Shown piece after piece: positions 1 through 7,473 of a DNA stretch of 39,865 bases. The notes under the pieces were generated by a model, which was not told where the DNA came from, did no database searches, and worked only from the letters and a program-made list of their open reading frames with translations. The translations under genes were made by a program, and so were the position numbers. Source of the DNA: a bacterium (GTDB taxonomy: Bacteria > Patescibacteriota > Patescibacteriia > CAZCGY01); the NCBI GenBank assembly GCA_043807225.1, contig JAZDGG010000060.1, positions 1 through 39,865 of the forward strand. The letters run 5' to 3'. The number at the start of each line of letters is the position of its first letter. Within the stretch, counting starts at the first letter, position 1.

Positions 1-1098
1 CTTTGTGATGCTATCCGGCTTAAAGCCGTTGAGATCTTGCGTATTAAATTGCTTGATCGACCCGAGCACCCCCGAGACTCCCCTCCCCTTGTTCAGCAGT
101 TCTTTTTTTGCAAGGTAAATCATCCGAAATTTTGTGAGCCAGCCAATCTTCGCCGTCTTCATTTGGATGGCCTCAACGGTGTTCTTTTCACCGGAGGTGA
201 GATCGCCGAACTTCAGCTTATCCTTCTTCTCCTCCTTTTTTGCTCCCGCCCCCCATTCCGTCGGCGGGAGGATCGACGCAACCATTGATTCGTACAAGCC
301 GGTTGCGACGTTTCGGGGAACATCGCCCATACCAAGCGGGAGCAGCGGTTTTGGCTTTGGTTTCTCACCGAGCAATTCTTTCACTTCACTTTTTGCTCGC
401 GCCTTCCAGCTATCGTCCGATGGAATAATCACCAGCTGCAGCCAGACCTGTTCCGTTGGCCCCAGCCGCCCCATAATTTCGAGGAGTGACGAAAGCGGGT
501 CGAGAAACTGCTGCGTCATCGAGTGTTCAAAAAACGGGTAGGTACGAAAAGGGTAGATATCCTTATTGTAGAGAATCATTTCCGTTCCCCAGAGATCGTA
601 CCCCGCCTCTTGAAAATCCAACGGGATATCTTCGGTGTAGTCGCGCACCTCGGTAATCGCGACATCGGGGTACTGGGCATAGATCGCCGCCTCAACGAGA
701 TCGCGCGCGTCGACCGGGCAGCGGATAAGGAATTGGGTCTGTCCCTCGATGCCGATGATCTCAAGAGAAATCGGGAGCTGGAGGTACCCGTCAAGGTACT
801 TGTCTTTTGCGTTCCCTCCGCGCTGAATGCCGTGGAGGTGCGCAAAGATCGATTCGACGGCTTTTGGCGTCTGCTCGTTCCCTTTTGGAACGTCGAGCGC
901 GAGCAAGACGTACTTTGCTTTCGACAGCCATTTTCGCTGCTGCGACGTCACGAACGAGTGAAAAAGCGAAACAAGGAGGCCGCCCGTTCCGAAGACTGCG
1001 ACAAAAATCCATCCCCCGCTTTGGAAGATGATCCAGAGGAGCAGCAACGGATTCCCGGACGCCTGCTGGAGACGTCCGATATCGATCACAATATCCAT
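1..1098 (-). CDS. Conserved membrane-anchored hypothetical protein (SLEI...YAQYP family); partial, runs off the left edge and is absent from the ORF track
   Basis: Manual translation from ATG at 1098 stays open to base 1: MDIVIDIGRLQQASGNPLLLLWIIFQSGGWIFVAV...LLALDVPKGNEQTPKAVESIFAHLHG...ISLEIIGIEGQTQFLIRCP...LVEAAIYAQYPDVAITEVRDY...YPFRTYPFFE...DPLSSLLEIMGRL...EQVWLQLVI. N-terminal hydrophobic segments. Confidence 0.85.
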   Translation of the reverse strand, partial: MDIVIDIGRLQQASGNPLLLLWIIFQSGGWIFVAVFGTGGLLVSLFHSFVTSQQRKWLSKAKYVLLALDVPKGNEQTPKAVESIFAHLHGIQRGGNAKDKYLDGYLQLPISLEIIGIEGQTQFLIRCPVDARDLVEAAIYAQYPDVAITEVRDYTEDIPLDFQEAGYDLWGTEMILYNKDIYPFRTYPFFEHSMTQQFLDPLSSLLEIMGRLGPTEQVWLQLVIIPSDDSWKARAKSEVKELLGEKPKPKPLLPLGMGDVPRNVATGLYESMVASILPPTEWGAGAKKEEKKDKLKFGDLTSGEKNTVEAIQMKTAKIGWLTKFRMIYLAKKELLNKGRGVSGVLGSIKQFNTQDLNGFKPDSITK

Positions 1099-1128
1099 GA
1101 AGTTCGTCGTTCGGTGTTTGTCCCGGTT

Positions 1129-2253
1129 TTATCCCCTGAGGTCTTTTGACAGCTGGTAGCGACCGTCAGGAAGTTTTTCAAATTTCTTTCTATCCGCGAG
1201 CGCGAGGTAGACGGTGTTCTTCTTGACAATGCGCTGCTCAAGTACCTTGTTCACCAGATCGTCACGCGAGAGTGGCTCTCCTGCGTTTTTCAGTATCTCG
1301 ACCATCACGTCTGCCACAACGCCGGGCTTGTACCCCCATTCGCGCAGCGCGTAGATTCCTCTTCCGACCAAGACGTACTCTGTGTTGAGGATCAGTTCAT
1401 TATGGACGGTGGGCGGGTATGCCTGGCGGTGGTCGAAACCCATCTTGTTGATCATTGCCGTGATCTCGTTGAAGTGCATCGGTTTTCCGTTCTTCTTGAG
1501 GATGAGGTAAATCTTGTCGTTCATCCTCTTCGGGACGATGGTCCCCCACGCAGAAAGTCCATACTCGCCGTAGGGATTTTTTGCAATATCGGGTGAGAGG
1601 TCGATCGAGGAAAGAATGACGTCTTCGGAGAGTCGATCCGTGTGCTGTTGAAAATACGGGAGTTGACGCAATTGCTCGATCAAACCATCGAGCAGCATCG
1701 GCGTGCCAACCTTGCGAATAACTCCCACGATCTGGTCAATCGTTTCATGGACGATGGAGAGCGCTGCGGGTTTGAGCTTCCACCCCGCTCGAAGGCCGGT
1801 TTCAACGTCGAGAGGGTCAAAAGTATCGCAGAGGAGCTCACGGAGAAAAAACAGCACGATGCGCTTCTCTGCCTCACTCGTTCCGGATGGCCGAAAAAGC
1901 TGGTCAAGGAGGTTCTGTTCGGTCATGACGCCTCCGTGCGCCTCAAGAATCTGCCGGAGAAGGTCTTCCGCCAACGCGATGATGCCCGGAAACTCTTTCA
2001 ACGAAAGGATCTTTTTCACAGCTGCATTTTCAATCTGCCGAATGCGTTCGCGGGTGACCGAGTAGCGTTTGCCGATTTCCTCAAGCGTTTCTGGCTTTTG
2101 CCCGTTCAAGCCGAACCGCCGCCGGATCACTTCTTCTTCTTTTGAACTTACATGCCGAAAGAGCGCCGAGAGCGTTTCGGTCGGGTTAAAATTCTCAATA
2201 TCTGCAGTCTGCTTGCTTGAGAGCACTTTATCGAGTATCGAGATGTCGTCCAT
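1129..2253 (-). CDS. Sigma70 region-4 HTH plus C-terminal winged-helix (HARE-HTH / RNAP delta-like) protein; putative transcription factor
   Basis: [10 protein letters not shown]...[21 protein letters not shown] is a sigma region 4.2 motif. C-terminal [19 protein letters not shown]...TVHNELI...[15 protein letters not shown] and a second repeat [17 protein letters not shown]. No sigma region 2. Confidence 0.8.
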   Translation of the reverse strand: MDDISILDKVLSSKQTADIENFNPTETLSALFRHVSSKEEEVIRRRFGLNGQKPETLEEIGKRYSVTRERIRQIENAAVKKILSLKEFPGIIALAEDLLRQILEAHGGVMTEQNLLDQLFRPSGTSEAEKRIVLFFLRELLCDTFDPLDVETGLRAGWKLKPAALSIVHETIDQIVGVIRKVGTPMLLDGLIEQLRQLPYFQQHTDRLSEDVILSSIDLSPDIAKNPYGEYGLSAWGTIVPKRMNDKIYLILKKNGKPMHFNEITAMINKMGFDHRQAYPPTVHNELILNTEYVLVGRGIYALREWGYKPGVVADVMVEILKNAGEPLSRDDLVNKVLEQRIVKKNTVYLALADRKKFEKLPDGRYQLSKDLRG

Positions 2254-2279
2254 AGATTGTCGTTAACTCCTCGTTTGTG

Positions 2280-2308
2280 AATATAGCATATTGCGGATTA
2301 CCTGTCAA
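2280..2308 (-). promoter_or_regulatory. Sigma70-type promoter, TTGACA-N17-TATATT with extended TG
   Basis: Minus strand reads TTGACA ggtaatccgcaataTGc TATATT, followed by GAGGAG upstream of the ATG at 2253. Confidence 0.8.
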
Positions 2309-2309
2309 G

Positions 2310-2348
2310 AAATCACTGTACAATAAATCACAAACTCCGTCAAATCAC
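2310..2348. repeat. Three direct AAATCAC repeats immediately upstream of the -35 box
   Basis: AAATCAC at 2310-2316, 2325-2331 and 2342-2348. Confidence 0.5.
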
Positions 2349-2360
2349 CTGCGGGGTCTT

Positions 2361-3248
2361 TTATTTTTTTCTCCAGTAGGGGAGAAGGGGGCTGGCCAGA
2401 AAAATCGATGAGTACGTCCCGATGAGAATGCCGACGATCAGCGCGAGGACGAAATACCGGATGGTCTGTCCGCCGAAGAAGTACAGCGCGACGAGAACGA
2501 GGAGTGTTGAAAGCGACGTGTTGATCGATCGCACCAGCGTTTCGTTGACGCTCCGGTCGATGATGTCGACAAGCTGGTCATTCGGGTGCCGCCGCAGTCC
2601 TTCTCTGATGCGGTCAAAGACCACAATGGTATCATGAACTGAAAACCCAAGAACCGTGAGCAGGGCAGTGACAAACAACGCATCGATCTCGATGTGAAAG
2701 ACGTACCCGAGAAACGCGAACGCCCCAAGGGTGATCCCCACATCATGGATGAGCGCGATAAACGCGTTGATGCCGAATGCCCAGCCAGAAATCTGGCCTG
2801 CGGATTTTCGAAACGCCCAGCTGATATACAGAATAATCCCCACGAGAACGAGCACGACCGCCAGAATCGCCTTCTGCTGTAATTCCCGCCCGAGCGTCGG
2901 CCCGACTTCTGAGTAAGAAACTTCCTCGATCTTTCCGTACTTTCCTTTCAGTACGTCAGTCAGTTTTGTGTGCCGATCGGCGTTCAGCTGTTTTGTCCGG
3001 ATGATCACGTTCTTTTCGCCTGCGGATTGCACGCGTGTATCAAGGTAGCCGTTGTCCGACAGCAGTTTTTCGATATCGGCCACGGCCGGTGTCATCCGCT
3101 CGTCAAACTGAACTTGCAGCAGTGATCCGCCCGTAAAATCCGTGCCGAGGTGCAGCCCGCCGAGCAGAAGAAAAACCAGCCCGCCCGCTACAAGCAAAAA
3201 CGAGAATCCGAACCAAAGATATCGATAGCGCACTACTCTCAGCATCAT
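2361..3248 (-). CDS. secF: Protein translocase subunit SecF
   Basis: LGTDFTGG, VGPTLGRELQ, HDV, GFSVHDTIVVFDRIRE, RSINTS, GTYSSIF. Start overlaps the secD stop (ATGA). Confidence 0.97.
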   Translation of the reverse strand: MMLRVVRYRYLWFGFSFLLVAGGLVFLLLGGLHLGTDFTGGSLLQVQFDERMTPAVADIEKLLSDNGYLDTRVQSAGEKNVIIRTKQLNADRHTKLTDVLKGKYGKIEEVSYSEVGPTLGRELQQKAILAVVLVLVGIILYISWAFRKSAGQISGWAFGINAFIALIHDVGITLGAFAFLGYVFHIEIDALFVTALLTVLGFSVHDTIVVFDRIREGLRRHPNDQLVDIIDRSVNETLVRSINTSLSTLLVLVALYFFGGQTIRYFVLALIVGILIGTYSSIFLASPLLPYWRKK

Positions 3249-4960
3249 GGCTTTTCTTGATCAAGCTGCTTCACGCCGAGGAACCCGGTATGTTTCTGCA
3301 GCCACCGGCCGGCGATCAGCCGGAGGAACGTCCGCGTGACGGTGATTGCCGAAAACATGCTGATGAGAATGCCAATGACGAGGGTGATGGCAAATCCCTG
3401 CACGAGACTCGTCCCAAACCACGCGAGGATGAGGCAGGTGATAATTGAAGAGACATTTGAATCCCGGATCGACAGCCATGCGCGGGCAAAACCCTGCTCG
3501 ATTGCAAGATCCAGGGGTTTTCCCTCCCGCAGTTCTTCCTTCATGCGTTCAAAAATGAGCACGTTGGCATCAACAGCCATCCCAATGGAAAGAATGAACC
3601 CCGCGATACCGGCGAGCGTTAACGTCACCGGCCAGAGCTTAAAGATGGCAAGCACAAGAAGCGAATAGATCCCAAGGGCAAACACCGAAAGGAGCCCTGG
3701 TAGCCGGTAGTAGAGCACCATGAACACCACGACCAGCGCAAGGCCAAGGAGCCCAGCCGCAAAGCTCCGTTCGATTGATTCCTTCCCAAGCGAAGCACCG
3801 ACCCGCTCTTGAGAGATCAGGGTAATGGGGACCGGAAGCGCACCAGCGGTGAGCCGCGCGGCAAGTTGTTTTGCCTCCTGGAGCGTAAACTTTCCCGTGA
3901 TAACCGCTTGCCCAGTCGTAATCGCCTGCTGGACTGTCGGGATGCTGATCGGCTGGCCGTCGAGATAAATCGCCACGGGCTTTCCGACGTTTCTTTTGGT
4001 GATGTCTCCAAAGAGCTTCTTCCCTTCATCGTTAAACGTCAAACTCACCTCTGGCTCTCCCGTGTTCGGATCAAAGGTCACCGATGCGCTCTTCAGGTGC
4101 TGGCCAGAGAGTCCAGTGTTGACGTAGTCAGATTGCGTTTGCGGCCGAAGGTCGGCTTCGCTCATCGTCTTCAAGAGGATGTGCCGTGCATCGATTTCGG
4201 TGATGGCAGATCCATTGGTATCTTTCCCCTGTCGTGAAGTGATTCGCTTGATGAGGTGATACCCAAAGTCGGATTGTACCAAGTTCTGCGTATATTCCCC
4301 GTCTTTCAGTGCGAGGAGCGCGTCGCGGAACGCTGGAACATAGTTATTCGGATCCTGAAAGCCGAGATCGCCGCCTTTCTTCTCTCCGTCGGTACCCGTG
4401 TTGCCTGGATCCTCTGAATACTGGTCTGCAAGGTTTGCAAAATCCTCGCCCGCTTTCACCTTCGCCAGCACTGTCTTCGCGGTCGCTTCTGCTTGTGTAT
4501 TGGTATCCGCAATCAGCTTCTTTTCATCGTCAGTCAACGGTGCCTGTTCCGTTGCCGCTGGTTGTTCACGAAACTCCAAGAGCGGCGTTTCGCCGATCCT
4601 CGTGATCGCATCGTTCACATCGGTTACCCCTGGCAATTCGACAATAACCCTGCTCGCCCCGCCGGCCGTGCTGGTCTGAACGACCGGTTCCGAAACGCCG
4701 AACGTGTTCACGCGACGCTCGATGACGTCTCGGGTCCCTGCGAGCGCCGACGCGCGGTCCGCTTGGGCGATTTTCGACACGTCCGCTTCGTACACCAACT
4801 GTGCCCCACCCGAGAGGTCAAGGCCGAGGTGAACTTTGAGTTCCTTAAAATAACTCCCGATGCGTATGTTCGGGCCTTTTGGCCAATCAACCAGCCCTGC
4901 GCCGATGGCGAGAAGAAGGATGATGCCAAACGTCAGCCATACTTTTCTTCGTACGGTCAT
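3245..4960 (-). CDS. secD: Protein translocase subunit SecD with an inserted parvulin-type PPIase domain
   Basis: LGLDLSGG, IERRVNTFGVSEP, IVELPG, AIYLDG, GALPVP, VGASLG, GMAVDANVLIFERMKEE, IRDSN. Insert at about aa 133-278 contains parvulin motifs. Confidence 0.97.
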   Translation of the reverse strand: MTVRRKVWLTFGIILLLAIGAGLVDWPKGPNIRIGSYFKELKVHLGLDLSGGAQLVYEADVSKIAQADRASALAGTRDVIERRVNTFGVSEPVVQTSTAGGASRVIVELPGVTDVNDAITRIGETPLLEFREQPAATEQAPLTDDEKKLIADTNTQAEATAKTVLAKVKAGEDFANLADQYSEDPGNTGTDGEKKGGDLGFQDPNNYVPAFRDALLALKDGEYTQNLVQSDFGYHLIKRITSRQGKDTNGSAITEIDARHILLKTMSEADLRPQTQSDYVNTGLSGQHLKSASVTFDPNTGEPEVSLTFNDEGKKLFGDITKRNVGKPVAIYLDGQPISIPTVQQAITTGQAVITGKFTLQEAKQLAARLTAGALPVPITLISQERVGASLGKESIERSFAAGLLGLALVVVFMVLYYRLPGLLSVFALGIYSLLVLAIFKLWPVTLTLAGIAGFILSIGMAVDANVLIFERMKEELREGKPLDLAIEQGFARAWLSIRDSNVSSIITCLILAWFGTSLVQGFAITLVIGILISMFSAITVTRTFLRLIAGRWLQKHTGFLGVKQLDQEKP

Positions 4961-4968
4961 ACCACGCT

Positions 4969-4996
4969 ATGTTACCATATGGCGGCTTTCTTTCAA
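4969..4996 (-). promoter_or_regulatory. Putative secD promoter, TTGAAA-N16-TAACAT with extended TG; probably leaderless
   Basis: Minus strand TTGAAA gaaagccgccataTGg TAACAT agcgtggt ATG: 8 nt between the -10 and the start codon, and no Shine-Dalgarno (SD) sequence. Confidence 0.6.
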
Positions 4997-5048
4997 GGAT
5001 ACCTTTTTTTCCCCCGTTGGGATGCTCTCACGCACGATGGAAGCTGCG

Positions 5049-6485
5049 TCAAGAAGAAATGATGACCGGCATCCCCACGTCTGCCCACTCGTAGATCCAC
5101 TTTGCATTCGTGAGATCGATGTTCACGCATCCGTGACTCATCCGGTGGCCGAAGTTGTGGTGCCAAAAGGCATAGTGGAGATAGAATGACGGTGCGAATC
5201 GGAGGTTCCATTCAACGTCCTTGATGTCGTAGTTATCCGGATGATTTTCTCCATAGGACCATTCGTAATCCTTCTTCTGAACCTTCGCAAGAATCGAGAA
5301 CGTTCCGGTCGGCGTCGGGTATTTGTTGATCCCCGTTGACACCAGAAACGTCCGAACGACTTTGCCGTTCTCGTACGCATAGAGCCGCTGTTCGCTGATC
5401 CGCACTTCAACGTACTTTTGATACGCCGTACTCCCTTGGATCGTATTCCTGCCAGGCGCGGTGACAATCTTCACGTTGCCGGTCGCCTCCGTTTTTCCAG
5501 TAGCGATATTGACTCCTCCGAGAAAGGATGACGCGTAGGCGAGAAAATTCGTCCCAAGCGGTTTTCCATACGCTTCGAACGCGCGCAGCTGGGGCTTTCC
5601 TCCGCTGGCGAGTCCGACGAGGATTTCGTCACGATGGTCATTGTCCAGATCCCCTGTCGCCACAGAATATCCACCCTGGAAACTTTCCGGCCACCCTTCA
5701 AACTGCCCGATGATCGTCTGCTGCGCGTTTGCGCGATACACCTTAACGAGCGAGCGACCGAAACGGTGAATGGCCGTGATGATTTCCGATTCCTTCCCGC
5801 CATCGACATTCCCAACCGCAACCGCAACGCCCCCGCGGTCCCGATCCGCATACGGGATGATGGAACTCCCGATCTGCTTCCCGTACCTGTTAAAGACCTT
5901 GACCTGGGGCGATGCTCCGACGCCCACGTCGGCAACGATGTCGGCAAAACCATCGCCGTTCACGTCTCCGCACGCGACGTTTACCCCGCCGCGAAAAGAT
6001 TTTGCAAATGCGGCAAATCCGGGCGTGTATTTCACCTCTCCCCATTCAGAGAAAATGCGCACTTGTGACGTTCCCCCCTGGCCTGGTCCGACGAGGATTT
6101 CGTTGATGCCGTCATTATTAAAATCGCACGACGCCACTTTGACCCCACCGCGAAAGTTTTTGGGATAGCCAAAAAACTGCGAGAGGACTTCCCCACTGGA
6201 CGCAAAGACTCTCACCTGCGGTGTTCCGCCCGGCCCTGCGCCGGCAATGATCTCATCGATGCCGTCTCCGTTGACATCTCCGGTCGCAACCGTTGCCCCT
6301 CCGCGGAATCCACTCCCAAACGCCAAAAAGGATTGCTCCTGTACTGACGTCTGTGCGTTATAGATGTGGATGTCCGGCGAGCGGCTATCGTTGGTTGCCG
6401 CTTGCGCGTCTGCAGTCCACAAAAAGCATACACCTACAAGGAGTCCGCAAAAAAGAAAAGTGTCGTTTTTATGAAAAAGAGTCAC
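5049..6485 (-). CDS. Secreted FG-GAP/VCBS-repeat beta-propeller protein with a C-terminal L,D-transpeptidase (YkuD) domain
   Basis: Signal peptide ending ADAQA; six F..F.GG..VA.GD.NGDG..EII repeats; C-terminal EQRLYAYENG...VSTG...TPTGTF...LHYAFW...MSHGCVN with the catalytic His/Cys motif. Confidence 0.9.
   Translation of the reverse strand: MTLFHKNDTFLFCGLLVGVCFLWTADAQAATNDSRSPDIHIYNAQTSVQEQSFLAFGSGFRGGATVATGDVNGDGIDEIIAGAGPGGTPQVRVFASSGEVLSQFFGYPKNFRGGVKVASCDFNNDGINEILVGPGQGGTSQVRIFSEWGEVKYTPGFAAFAKSFRGGVNVACGDVNGDGFADIVADVGVGASPQVKVFNRYGKQIGSSIIPYADRDRGGVAVAVGNVDGGKESEIITAIHRFGRSLVKVYRANAQQTIIGQFEGWPESFQGGYSVATGDLDNDHRDEILVGLASGGKPQLRAFEAYGKPLGTNFLAYASSFLGGVNIATGKTEATGNVKIVTAPGRNTIQGSTAYQKYVEVRISEQRLYAYENGKVVRTFLVSTGINKYPTPTGTFSILAKVQKKDYEWSYGENHPDNYDIKDVEWNLRFAPSFYLHYAFWHHNFGHRMSHGCVNIDLTNAKWIYEWADVGMPVIISS
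5450..6332 (-). repeat. Six protein-level FG-GAP-like repeats of about 50 aa (approximate bounds)
   Basis: Repeat cores: GDVNGDGIDEII, CDFNNDGINEIL, GDVNGDGFADIV, GNVDGGKESEII, GDLDNDHRDEIL, GKTEATGNVKIV. Confidence 0.85.
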
Positions 6486-6520
6486 TCCAATTGCGTCACG
6501 ATACTCAAAAACACCGCTTC

Positions 6521-6549
6521 ACTGTATCAAATTCTCTTTCGTCTCACAA
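6521..6549 (-). promoter_or_regulatory. Possible promoter, TTGTGA-N17-TACAGT with extended TG
   Basis: Minus strand TTGTGA gacgaaagagaattTGa TACAGT, about 35 nt upstream of the GTG start at 6485. Confidence 0.35.
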
Positions 6550-6737
6550 TATGCAGAAAAGACTCTGTTCTACATCACTCTTACCTATATGCGCTTCCTA
6601 CTTCATTTACGTCTCCCACAGTGATGGATTGTCCAACAATTTCTTGAAGTAGATATCAATATCGTCGAGTGCTGCTGATTCTCCCAGCAAAAACAGTTGG
6701 AGGTATCGTTTTTATTTGTGTCCCGTTATACATTACC

Positions 6738-7094
6738 TCATCTTTGCGGATGCGTATCGTTCCCTTTACCAACTCTTGCCGCATACGCAAAATGGTAAAA
6801 ATAACGATCAAGGTCAGCAAGAGGAGTGTGATATTCCTGACCTCCCGCAGCGGCATCACACAGCAATTCCCGCGCGCGAGTGATTTCTTTCAGACGATGC
6901 TGCCAGCGCGGATCTTGAATCGTCAGATCGAGAAGCTCGAGTGCACGGTTGACCGCGGAATGGAATCTCTCTGGATTGTCCGCTTGCCGTTTCAACGCAC
7001 GGGTAACCTCACTCCCGATATTCCCTAATTGTTCGGTGAGCGTGAGCATTTGCCACAGACCGGAAGCGAGGGTGGCGTGCTGATACGACATCAT
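6738..7094 (-). CDS. Small alpha-helical conserved hypothetical protein, partner of the DUF5674 gene
   Basis: 118 aa; EQLGNIGSEVTRA...RALELLDLT...RLKEITRARE. Start overlaps the upstream stop (ATGA). Confidence 0.8.
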   Translation of the reverse strand: MMSYQHATLASGLWQMLTLTEQLGNIGSEVTRALKRQADNPERFHSAVNRALELLDLTIQDPRWQHRLKEITRARELLCDAAAGGQEYHTPLADLDRYFYHFAYAARVGKGNDTHPQR

Positions 7095-7441
7095 ACTTTT
7101 TTTGTGAGCAGTTGAACGATTGCTTTAATCCGCTCCTGAACAGCAGCATCCTCCACGTCGCGTGAGCGATTTCCCTGAGAGGGACGTATATTGATCATGG
7201 AATCGTACTCAATCCATTGATCGTCGGAAAGGTCAGGATACAGATTAATTCCCCAAAGATCTTTCTGCGCGGAACCGCGCTCGATCAGTAATGCTTCTTC
7301 GTCAGCGTGCAATTCTCCGCCAACCGCCATAATCTTCTTTTCGACGTCAACCACCGCCTTGACCATATCACCGAAGCGCTCTTTGGCAAGTTCGCGTAGT
7401 TGTTCTCGAGTAATCTGCTTTTCGATGAGGTGCATGGTCAT
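7091..7441 (-). CDS. DUF5674 family protein
   Basis: FGDMVKAVVDVEKKIMAVGGELHADEE..L...GS.QKDLWGINLYP...IEYDSMINIRPSQGNRSR; family recognised from motifs. Alternative start at 7435. Confidence 0.8.
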   Translation of the reverse strand: MTMHLIEKQITREQLRELAKERFGDMVKAVVDVEKKIMAVGGELHADEEALLIERGSAQKDLWGINLYPDLSDDQWIEYDSMINIRPSQGNRSRDVEDAAVQERIKAIVQLLTKKV

Positions 7442-7473
7442 GGTAATTGTGGGTGGAATTCAATCCCGCGTCG

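Noticed and set aside
37-1149. Plus-strand ORFs of 83, 135 and 208 aa
   Set aside because: Antisense shadows of the real minus-strand gene at 1-1098.
6606-6712. Short protein-like minus-strand frame (KRYLQLFLLGESAALDDIDIYFKKLLDNPSLWET*)
   Set aside because: Begins right after an in-frame stop, has no ATG and no recognisable family; at most a remnant.
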